64,000 nt of DNA from assembly GCA_020073015.1 (NCBI GenBank), contig JAIQFZ010000009.1, forward strand, positions 73 to 64,072, written 5' to 3'. This DNA comes from Terriglobia bacterium (lineage in GTDB: Bacteria; Acidobacteriota; Terriglobia; Terriglobales; Acidobacteriaceae). This document shows positions 42,696 through 50,487 of the stretch, piece after piece; position 1 is the first letter of the stretch, and each line of letters opens with the position of its first letter. The translations under genes and the position numbers were made by a program. Below the pieces are notes generated by a model. That model made no database searches, was not told the origin of the DNA, and worked only from the letters and a program-made list of their open reading frames with translations.

Positions 42696-44114
42696 TCAGA
42701 TGGGCGGAGGGGCGTTAAGAGTTCTCTTCGGCTTTGGCAGCCTTGACGCTCTCGTGTCCGGCAAAGGCAGCCTCAGCCTGATTGCTGTGGCCCTTCGTCT
42801 CTCAGGCCTAAAACAGTTTGCTGGTTTTTCCCTCACGGTATTCGTGGAACTTTGCAGGACCGTGCGCAACTCACTTCTACCGAACGGCTTGAGCAGGATT
42901 GGAATATGAATCAATTGGCTCGGGCGGACTACTTCTTCTTCACTACTATAAGTCGTAGTGATGATCATCCTTTGCGTTGGATTTTTCTTGAAAATGTCCG
43001 TCGCAAGCCCGACTCCGTTCAGATTGGGTGAATAGCTAATCATGACGACATCAAACGGGCTGCACTCCCAATACAAACGGAGCCCTTCGCCACTATCGCA
43101 AGTCGTACACACCGCGTAACCCATTTGCTTCAGCAATCTCTCGACAAGCCGCCCTACTTGATCGTGTTCCTCGATGACCAGTGCGGATTTTTGGCAACGG
43201 ATTTGCTTCAGCGCAGCCTCGTAGTGTCGTTTCGTCAAGTTATGCTCTTGCATGATTTCACGCGCCGTCGTCATGCCCTCCAACCGTGCCTGAAGTACTG
43301 CGATGGCCTCTTTGTCGTTCGCAAAGATTTTGAACCTTCGCTCGATTTCTTCTTTTACGCTTAGACATTGGTCTGCTGCGGGCTCGCTTGAGGCGACATT
43401 TTCAAACGGAGACATTTCATCCGCTTCAGGATTGGAGATAATGACTTCGGATTCCAACCAGGGTTCCCGTTCGCTAAACTTCTCCTTCCAGCCCCAGGAA
43501 ATACGTCGCATGGCGCCCTTCAGATAGCCTATGAAATCAACTCTACTTTTTTTCCAGTGCCTGCCCTTGCCGGCGTCCTCAGCACCAGTCCATGTCGAAA
43601 GGAGCGCTTCCTGAAGCAGATCTTCCCCAGTTCTGCCACGGCCGGCCCGCCCGAGACCGTGCACTCGGTAGTCGGCGGAGTTCCGGAGTTCTCGCCGCTC
43701 CGCAGGCGTCAACATTTCGAATGCCTGTTCGATTTCGTCTTTTGTCGCGATTCTCTCTGGCCGCTGTTGCGAATCGTATTCGCGACGAACACACTCGGCA
43801 CATTCCAATCTGACGAGAACCTTCTCCACCATCAAATTTATGGTCGGCGACTTCTCGCTGTATTTGCTCATACGGATGCGGAACGTTTCACGAACGTCCA
43901 CTTGCGTCCTGCAACAGTCACAGCAGGTTTGCGCTTCTAGCCTCTCCAGTGCAATCTTGCGATCCTCAATTTCGTTTTCTAATAATTCTTCCTCCGCTGC
44001 CGAACTCTCGTATCGGTGTTGCGCTGTGCGAATGTTGATCAGCCGCTTCTGGCGATCGGTCATTTCGTTTTCTAGTTGTTGCTTCGCGTCAAGGAAGGAG
44101 TAGGAGTCAGCCAT
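42696..44114 (-). CDS. ECF-sigma-like domain fused to a C-terminal receiver-like (pseudo-receiver) domain, with a ~150-aa coiled-coil/Cys-rich N-terminal extension (PhyR-like domain order)
   Basis: - Sigma region-2-like: TGEDLLQEALLSTWTG...FIGYLKGAMRRISWGW.
- Region-4-like HTH: EAIAVLQARLEGMTTAREIMQEHNLTKRHYEAALKQIR.
- REC-like: ALVIEEHD...FDVVMISYSP...MIITTTY...LLKPF, where the expected phospho-acceptor Asp position reads Ser.
- N-terminal extension: CCDCC...CAEC cluster within predicted coiled coil.
- The region is low-GC. Confidence 0.7.
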   Translation of the reverse strand: MADSYSFLDAKQQLENEMTDRQKRLINIRTAQHRYESSAAEEELLENEIEDRKIALERLEAQTCCDCCRTQVDVRETFRIRMSKYSEKSPTINLMVEKVLVRLECAECVRREYDSQQRPERIATKDEIEQAFEMLTPAERRELRNSADYRVHGLGRAGRGRTGEDLLQEALLSTWTGAEDAGKGRHWKKSRVDFIGYLKGAMRRISWGWKEKFSEREPWLESEVIISNPEADEMSPFENVASSEPAADQCLSVKEEIERRFKIFANDKEAIAVLQARLEGMTTAREIMQEHNLTKRHYEAALKQIRCQKSALVIEEHDQVGRLVERLLKQMGYAVCTTCDSGEGLRLYWECSPFDVVMISYSPNLNGVGLATDIFKKNPTQRMIITTTYSSEEEVVRPSQLIHIPILLKPFGRSELRTVLQSSTNTVREKPANCFRPERRRATAIRLRLPLPDTRASRLPKPKRTLNAPPPI

Positions 44115-44616
44115 TTACTTTCTCCGCTCGGGGATGTGGACGCAACCCGGAGCCTACTAGAACTGGTCCCATAAATACCTTTGTGGAAAGGCGGGGCTTC
44201 AGCCGTGACGCCCAAGCCCAATAAAGATCTGGCTTTAGCCCCCGAGGTCCAAGCCTCGGACCTCGCAGAAGCCCACTTATGAGAAGGTTCTAATCTGACA
44301 ATGCCACTTTAGTGCTGTGTGCCTCCTCAAAACATACGGCCTGAGAGTTACGGGGGTAACTTTCGAACCGCCAGACCCAATCGGCCCAGCAAAATAGGCA
44401 AGGGCACGCAGGATTACTTAAGTGGTTTTCCGGGTGCAAGCGCTTGGGAGGCGATGCTCTGTGCCTTTAACTCGTTGGTGGCAGGGATCACGCTAATTTC
44501 TGGGGCTATTGCGGAGCACGGTTGTCACTCTGCCGCAGTGGCGAATGGTGCACACGGCCGCTTTCCCAGAGCGATCTGACGCTCACCGTTCGGAAGCTTG
44601 ACCATGTCTTCCTCCA

Positions 44617-45165
44617 TCAGTGCTGCTCTTGTGTTTGAGACGCGAGGAATCGGAGCACGAATTCGAGCAACGTTTCTCCTTCGCCTCGCAGAGGCAGGTT
44701 CTCGTGTGGCATGTCTCTGACACTGGGCGAAGCGGGTTCCGCGGTCTGGAACAGCGCAGTCCATTCGGGGGTTCGAAAACGCACTACCTTGTTGCTTTCC
44801 CGTGCGCAAGCCACCGCTTCCGGATAGGTCTCGAAACGCATCCACGTTGCCCAAGTCCAGTGGTCGCCCACCCTAATTCGAGTCATTACGGCGTACCCGG
44901 AATCGCGGCTCGCTTCTGCTGACGGTTGTACCGTGGTATCCAGCGCCGGCGCCGGCTTGTCGGCCGAATCACCTCGAATAACAGATTGAAACTCAGACTC
45001 TTCCTCTGCTGTCAAAGAGCGCATGACACCATTCTCGACGCCGACAACATAGCCGCCAGAGCATGGAATACAGGACGCAGCTTCCTTTACCGTTATGTGC
45101 TCGTGCCAGCAACCCATAAAGCACCCACATTCAGTCCAAGCTGCGGAGTAGTAAATTGAGCTCAT
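44617..45165 (-). CDS. Cys/His-rich hypothetical protein
   Basis: ATG 45165 gives MSSIYYSAAWTECGCFMGCWHEHITVKEAASCIPCSGGYVVGVENG... No family recognised. The longer ORF start at 45411 would overlap the divergent receiver gene. Confidence 0.5.
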   Translation of the reverse strand: MSSIYYSAAWTECGCFMGCWHEHITVKEAASCIPCSGGYVVGVENGVMRSLTAEEESEFQSVIRGDSADKPAPALDTTVQPSAEASRDSGYAVMTRIRVGDHWTWATWMRFETYPEAVACARESNKVVRFRTPEWTALFQTAEPASPSVRDMPHENLPLRGEGETLLEFVLRFLASQTQEQH

Positions 45166-45365
45166 CGCTTCTCTCGGTAACGGCGGGCTTACCATGCAGC
45201 CTGAAACTCCCCGACTGAAGTTTCTTGGTTTCGCACCCAGTACCCTAATGCCCGATTCTGAATAAATTTGAACAGAGCCCAAAAGTTGTTTCTCACCTTC
45301 GCGAATTTCGGCATAAGGAGGTAGGACGAGGGTGCCAAAGTCGGAAGCTTTAGGAGGGAGGTCGC

Positions 45366-45821
45366 GTGAATAGGGCAGCAGCTGTGACCCGGCGAACAGA
45401 TGGCAGGACAAGGCGGCTAAGAAAGCCGGAGCGCATTCTCGTCGTGGATGATGCCGACGCCGTGCGTGAATTCATATCCTTCATCTTGACTGGGGCAGGC
45501 TACGAGTGCCGGGCAGTTAGTTCCGGTTGTGAGGCTCTGGCTCTGCTGAAGTCTGGCGAGCGATTCGATCTGATGCTGTGCGATCTATTAAATAATCCGC
45601 ACGGGATCGTTTTGCTGGAGCGCACCAAGAAAAGCTACCCGGGAATGCCAGTGATCATAGCCACCGCTCCATTTTGCGTGTGTACGGCGCGATTCGCGGT
45701 CAACGGCTTGGGTGCCAGCGGCTATCTGCTGAAACCCTTTCAAGCCAAGGCATTATTGACCACGGTCTGGCGCACCCTCGCGGGTCGGTCAATCAGTGGT
45801 GCCACGTTTGGAACGGCATAG
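45366..45821 (+). CDS. Single-domain response regulator (CheY-like receiver)
   Basis: ILVVDDADAV, the acceptor context FDLMLCDL, VIIATA and YLLKPF. GTG start; the exact start is uncertain. Confidence 0.7.
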   Translation: MNRAAAVTRRTDGRTRRLRKPERILVVDDADAVREFISFILTGAGYECRAVSSGCEALALLKSGERFDLMLCDLLNNPHGIVLLERTKKSYPGMPVIIATAPFCVCTARFAVNGLGASGYLLKPFQAKALLTTVWRTLAGRSISGATFGTA

Positions 45822-45924
45822 TGACTCCGCGTTGGGAGGCGGACCTCACAGGCGTGCCCCAAGCGGACCGAAGGTGAATCCGGTTCTGAAAGAATTTGTG
45901 CTGTGAAGTTGGCGGAACCCAGCG

Positions 45925-46770
45925 CTACCGCAGCCAGTCTTCCAGTTCGATCCCGCGCGCGGTTTTCTCGTCGCGATACTTGACGATCACGGGCGTGTAG
46001 AGCGACAGGTTCCACTCCGCACCTTTGCCCTTGGTCACGGCTCGCGAGCCGGGGACGACCACGGCATTTTCGGGGACTTCGAGTGGGTGGTCGGGAGTGG
46101 CTCGATAAACTTCTCCTCGGACGAGGTCGTAGAGCGGAGTGGAACGGGTCAGGATGGTGCCCGCTCCGAGGACGGCTCGGGATCGCACCAGCGTTCCCTC
46201 GAAGACACCGCAATTGCCGCCGACCAGCACGTCGTCTTCGATGATGACCGGGGCGGCGTTGATGGGTTCGAGCACGCCTCCGATTTGGGCGGCGGCGCTG
46301 AGGTGGACGCGCTTGCCGATCTGCGCGCAGGAGCCGACCAGGGCGTGCGAATCGACCATGGTGCCCTCGTCCACGTAGGCGCCGACGTTGATGAACATCG
46401 GCGGCATGCAGACGACGGACGCTGCGACATAGGCGCCTTCACGGATGGACGAACCGCCCGGGACGACGCGGACGCGGTCGGCGAGGGTGATGCGGCGGGC
46501 AGGGAAGGTGTCCTTGTCGAGGAAACTGAGGACGTCGCCGTCGGACATTTCCTTGAGTTCACCGAGGCGGAAGCCGAGCAGGATGCCTTGCTTGACCCAG
46601 GCGTTTGTGGTCCAGCGGGTGTTGATGCGCTCGGCGGCGCGGATCTCGCCGCGAGTCAGGCGGGCGCGGAAGGCGGCGAAGGTGCGGCGGGCGGCGGCGG
46701 GGTCCGTGATGGTGGCGGACGCGTAGAGGGTTTCGATGGCGGACTTGAGTTCGTGTATGGAATCGCGCAT
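45925..46770 (-). CDS. dapD: 2,3,4,5-tetrahydropyridine-2,6-dicarboxylate N-succinyltransferase
   Basis: Hexapeptide-repeat core (VDEGTMVDSHALVGSCAQIGKRVHLSAAAQIGGVLEP...IIEDDVLVGGNCGVFEG). The N-terminal and C-terminal contexts are typical of DapD. Confidence 0.85.
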   Translation of the reverse strand: MRDSIHELKSAIETLYASATITDPAAARRTFAAFRARLTRGEIRAAERINTRWTTNAWVKQGILLGFRLGELKEMSDGDVLSFLDKDTFPARRITLADRVRVVPGGSSIREGAYVAASVVCMPPMFINVGAYVDEGTMVDSHALVGSCAQIGKRVHLSAAAQIGGVLEPINAAPVIIEDDVLVGGNCGVFEGTLVRSRAVLGAGTILTRSTPLYDLVRGEVYRATPDHPLEVPENAVVVPGSRAVTKGKGAEWNLSLYTPVIVKYRDEKTARGIELEDWLR

Positions 46771-46806
46771 AAGAAGTTAAGCAATGGATCGTCGCGAACT
46801 CGGCGG

Positions 46807-46838
46807 ACTGCAGATCCCTCACTCCGCTCAGGATGACA
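46807..46838 (-). repeat. Family C single arm, inverted relative to 42661-42692
   Basis: The reverse complement TGTCATCCTGAGCGGAGTGAGGGATCTGCAGT matches the 42661 copy at about 28 of 32 positions. Confidence 0.75.
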
Positions 46839-46868
46839 ATCTTATAGAGTCTGGAGCTCAACCGAAAA

Positions 46869-46903
46869 GCTCGTAGCTAGAAGCTAGAAGCTCGGAGCTG
46901 CTT
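46869..46903. repeat. Degenerate heptanucleotide tandem array next to the dapA stop
   Basis: GCTCGTA GCTAGAA GCTAGAA GCTCGGA GCTGCTT (period 7). Confidence 0.7.
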
Positions 46904-46905
46904 TC

Positions 46906-48042
46906 CTACGCCACGCACTTGCACTCGCTGCGAATCAGCACTCCGGCCATGTGGTGCGACGCCTCGCGGGCTTCGGTGGCAGTGGAGTACGGACCGTGCC
47001 AGCGCGAATGAGTGGGATCGTGGCCGGCGGGACGTCCCTTGCCCGAGCTGCACTGCCCGCAAGAGGCGCGGTGCACCACCGCTTTGTGCGGCCCCGCCGC
47101 CCAGTTTTCATAGACGTAGAACTCACTGGGGGCTGGGGTAGGGGCTGCATTGGCAGGCTTGGTCACGAGTCCTGCGTCGGTGGCGACTCGCTGCAGCTTC
47201 GAGCGCGTGTCGCGGCGCATGGGCAGCAGCGGCAGGCGGTACACTTCTTCGATCTTGCCCATCATGGCGAGCACGGCCTTCACCGGCAGCGGGCTCGACT
47301 CGATAAAGTTGGCCTGCATCAGCGGAAGATATTTGCGGTGAAGCGTGCGCGCGGTCTGCCAGTCGTTCGCGAGCGCAGCGCGTGTCATCTCCGCCATCTC
47401 GCGGGGGATTTCGTTGGACGCTACCGAAATCACACCTACGCCGCCGAGCGCGATCACCGGCAAGGTGACGGCGTCATCGCCGGACAATACCACGAAGCCC
47501 TCCGGGACCACGTTCAACACCTCGGCGATCTGCGTCATGTTGCCGCTGGCTTCCTTCACCCCGGCGATGTTGGGAACCTCGCACAGGCGCGCCAGGGTTG
47601 CCGGCTCCAGATTGGCGCTCGTCCGGCCCGGAACGTTGTAGAGAATAACCGGCTTGTCCACGGCTTCGGCGATGGCGCGGAAATGGCGGTACTGGCCCTC
47701 CTGCGTCGGCTTGTTGTAATAGGGCGACGCGGTGAGGATGGCGTTGACGCCGGGGCGCGCGGCGACTTCTTTTGCCTTCGCCACGGCTTCCTGCGTCGAG
47801 TTCGACGTTGCGCCGGCGACGATGGGGACACGGCCGGCAGCTACTTCGATGGTTACGTCAATCACGTGCAGCCACTCATCGTGGTTGAGCGTGGGAGTTT
47901 CGCCGGTGGTGCCGCAGGGGATCAGGAAATCGATGCCCGATTCCACCTGCCAGGCCACCAGATTCCGGAGTGCGTTTTCGTCGATCGCGCCGTCCTGGGA
48001 GAACGGTGTGACAAGAGCGGTGCCACATCCTCGCAGTTGCAT
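46906..48042 (-). CDS. dapA: 4-hydroxy-tetrahydrodipicolinate synthase with an ~85-aa C-terminal Cys4 extension
   Basis: GTALVTPF, CGTTGE, YNVPGRT and GVKEASG (Schiff-base Lys) motifs. After the DapA core ends (...ATDAGLV) the frame continues TKPANAAPTPAPSEFYVYENWAAGPHKAVVHRASCGQCSSGKG...WHGPYSTATEAREA...IRSECKCVA. The start is ATG 48042; ATG 48078 is an alternative. Confidence 0.85.
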   Translation of the reverse strand: MQLRGCGTALVTPFSQDGAIDENALRNLVAWQVESGIDFLIPCGTTGETPTLNHDEWLHVIDVTIEVAAGRVPIVAGATSNSTQEAVAKAKEVAARPGVNAILTASPYYNKPTQEGQYRHFRAIAEAVDKPVILYNVPGRTSANLEPATLARLCEVPNIAGVKEASGNMTQIAEVLNVVPEGFVVLSGDDAVTLPVIALGGVGVISVASNEIPREMAEMTRAALANDWQTARTLHRKYLPLMQANFIESSPLPVKAVLAMMGKIEEVYRLPLLPMRRDTRSKLQRVATDAGLVTKPANAAPTPAPSEFYVYENWAAGPHKAVVHRASCGQCSSGKGRPAGHDPTHSRWHGPYSTATEAREASHHMAGVLIRSECKCVA

Positions 48043-48092
48043 GGCACAAGGATAACTCTTAACGCTACCTCTGTGCATGTGCTGGGGCGTGC

Positions 48093-48773
48093 TCAGAGCT
48101 CGCGCCAGATTTCGCGAAATTCGAAGAAGCCCGTTTTCCCGGCTAGCCACTCGGCGGCGCGGACCGCACCCTCGGCGAACCCGCGGCGGGACTTGGCGTC
48201 GTGGCAGAGATAGATGCGGTCGTTGGGAGAATCGAAGGTGACCTCGTGCATGCCCACCACGTCGCCTTCACGAAACGAGACGATCTCAAGTTCCTGGCCG
48301 CCGGACTGGCGCGCGATGTTTTGAATCGTGATCGCGGTGCCGGAGGGGGCGTCTTTTTTGGTTGTGTGATGACGCTCGAAGATCTGGCCGGAATAGTCAA
48401 ACTTCGACGCCGCGGCGGCGGTGGCTACGATCTCGAAAAACAAGTTCACGCCGATCGAGAAATTCGAGCCGTACAGGAAGCCGGTCTGGGCGGAGAGAAC
48501 CATTTGGCGCAGGCGCGGTACCTGGTCGTACCAGCCTGTCGTTCCGACCACCATCTTCTTGCCCACCCGGATGCAGGCCTCGGCGTTGGCGACGACCGCA
48601 GCGGGCGTGGTGAAGTCGATGACTACGTCGACCGGGGCGAGGAAGGCGGGAGTCAGGGCGGAAGCATTCGCGTTTTCGTCAGCGTCCAGGGTGGTGACAT
48701 GGTGGCGGCGCGCGTGGGCAACTTCGGCGACCAGCGAACCCGTCTTGCCGCGGCCGAGGATCAGGAGATTCAT
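48093..48773 (-). CDS. dapB: 4-hydroxy-tetrahydrodipicolinate reductase
   Basis: MNLLILGRGKTGS, VVIDFTTP and ERHHTTKKDAPSGTA motifs. Confidence 0.85.
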   Translation of the reverse strand: MNLLILGRGKTGSLVAEVAHARRHHVTTLDADENANASALTPAFLAPVDVVIDFTTPAAVVANAEACIRVGKKMVVGTTGWYDQVPRLRQMVLSAQTGFLYGSNFSIGVNLFFEIVATAAAASKFDYSGQIFERHHTTKKDAPSGTAITIQNIARQSGGQELEIVSFREGDVVGMHEVTFDSPNDRIYLCHDAKSRRGFAEGAVRAAEWLAGKTGFFEFREIWREL

Positions 48774-48784
48774 GGAGAAGCCTT

Positions 48785-48885
48785 TTCACCGGCGAGACGC
48801 CGAGGTCGCAGAGAAAACGCAGAAATCATACAGCTGTGACTCCAATCCCGTTCTCCCTCGGCGATCTTGGCGTCTCGGCGGTGAT
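48785..48885. repeat. Family B-like long hairpin between lysC and dapB
   Basis: TTCACCGGCGAGACGCCGAGGTCGCAGAGAAAACG pairs with CGTTCTCCCTCGGCGATCTTGGCGTCTCGGCGGTGA. Confidence 0.75.
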
Positions 48886-48896
48886 GTGTCAGCATT

Positions 48897-50270
48897 TCAC
48901 GCGAACACTTCCGGGTCTGCTTCGGCAAAGTAGGCCTGGTGCAGGCGGCGGACGACCTCGGCCGCGTCGTCTTCCTCGATCACAAACGTCAGATTAATCT
49001 CCGAAGCGCCCTGGGAGATCATCCGAATTTTTACATCTTCCAGAAGCCCGAAAACCTTGGCGGCGATGCCGGGAGTATCACGCAGATTTTCTCCCACCAG
49101 GCAGACGATTGCTTTCCGGCCCTCATACTTTACGTCGGCCAGCTTGGCCAGGTCGGCGGCCAGCGCGGGAATCGCTTCGTTCGTCTCGGCCGTAACCGAG
49201 ACGCTTACCTCGGATGTCGAAACCACGTCCACCGCCACGTTGTGGTTGTCGAATGCCTCGAAGATCGATTTCAAGTAGCCGTGCACCAGCAACCGGCGAG
49301 GCGCCGCCACATCGACCAGCGTAATCTTTTTCTTGAGCGCGATGGCTTTGAAGATATTCGAACAACGCGGAGCGCGCGCCGTGATCTTCGTTCCCTCGCA
49401 TGTGGGATTCTGCGAGTTCAGAACGTAAACCGGAATGTTCTTCTGAATGGCAGGCAACACCGTCGCGGGGTGCAAAACCTTGGCGCCGAAGTAGGCGAGT
49501 TCTGCGGCTTCGTCGAAGCTGATGACCTTGATGCGGCGGGCGTCGGGACAGAGGCGCGGATCGGTCGTCATCATGCCGTCGACGTCCGTCCAGATCTCGA
49601 TGCGCTCCGCGTCGAGGCCGGCACCAAAAATCGCGGCCGAGAAGTCGGACCCTCCGCGCCCAATGGTCGTGGTGATGCCGGCACGGTTGGAACCGATGAA
49701 CCCGCCCATGACCGGAACTTTCCCAGCGTCAAGCAGCGGCTTTACTTTCTTCTGCAGGCGCTCATTGGTCTCGTCGAACTGGGGAACCGCTCGCATGAAG
49801 GCGTTATCGGTCAGCAGACACTGCCGCGAATCCACATGGACCCCCGGCAGTCCGCGCGCCGCGAAGGCGGCGGCGACAATCTTGCTCGACAGCATCTCAC
49901 CGAAGGACGCCACGTTGTCGTACGTGCGCGGGGTGATTTCGCCGACGGCGCCGATGCCACGCAGCAGTTCGTCCAGATCTTCGAAGTCGGCGCCTAGATC
50001 GCCATGAAATTCAGTAAACAGGGCGGTGCCGAGGAGTTCTCCCGCAGTTTCGTAGTGGCGTTCGCGGAGGGCGCGGGCCATCTTGAGAGCGGCCTTGCGA
50101 TCGCCGCTGCCGGCGGCCTTGCCCATCGCCAGCAGGGCATCGGTAACCTTCGCCATGGCACTGACGACCACCACCGGCCGGTCGGCCAAGCGGCCCTGGA
50201 CGATCTGGGCCACGCGGTCGATTGCCTTGGCGTCTTGCACGGAGGTCCCGCCGAACTTCATGACAATCAT
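48897..50270 (-). CDS. lysC: Aspartate kinase
   Basis: MIVMKFGGTSV, VVVVSAM and GRGGSD motifs, plus C-terminal ACT domains. Confidence 0.9.
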   Translation of the reverse strand: MIVMKFGGTSVQDAKAIDRVAQIVQGRLADRPVVVVSAMAKVTDALLAMGKAAGSGDRKAALKMARALRERHYETAGELLGTALFTEFHGDLGADFEDLDELLRGIGAVGEITPRTYDNVASFGEMLSSKIVAAAFAARGLPGVHVDSRQCLLTDNAFMRAVPQFDETNERLQKKVKPLLDAGKVPVMGGFIGSNRAGITTTIGRGGSDFSAAIFGAGLDAERIEIWTDVDGMMTTDPRLCPDARRIKVISFDEAAELAYFGAKVLHPATVLPAIQKNIPVYVLNSQNPTCEGTKITARAPRCSNIFKAIALKKKITLVDVAAPRRLLVHGYLKSIFEAFDNHNVAVDVVSTSEVSVSVTAETNEAIPALAADLAKLADVKYEGRKAIVCLVGENLRDTPGIAAKVFGLLEDVKIRMISQGASEINLTFVIEEDDAAEVVRRLHQAYFAEADPEVFA

Positions 50271-50300
50271 GGGCGGGAATACCTCCGGCGATAAGACACT

Positions 50301-50481
50301 AATTCACCACAGAGACACAGAGACAGAGAGAAAGACCGGGGTAAGTGCTCTTGGTCCAAAGTTGGACTGATCGAACTGGTTAATTGTCGGGTTCCAGGAA
50401 TTTTCACCGCTTCGGACACACTTGGAAGCGCGAGATCCTGGGCAGATTTTTCTTTGTGCCTCTGTGTCTCTGTGGTGAAAA
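50301..50481. repeat. Family B long-hairpin (MITE-like) element between asd and lysC
   Basis: The terminal inverted repeats are AATTCACCACAGAGACACAGAGACAGAGAGAAAG and TTCTTTGTGCCTCTGTGTCTCTGTGGTGAAAA, about 110 bp apart. Confidence 0.8.
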
Positions 50482-50487
50482 CTGTTC

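Noticed and set aside
42661-46838. Inverted family C arms at 42661-42692 and 46807-46838 as the ends of a composite mobile element carrying the low-GC islet
   Set aside because: The interval also contains the high-GC core gene dapD. No transposase is present. The same arm type occurs elsewhere (the sdh spacer), so the inverted arrangement is most simply coincidental placement of a dispersed repeat.
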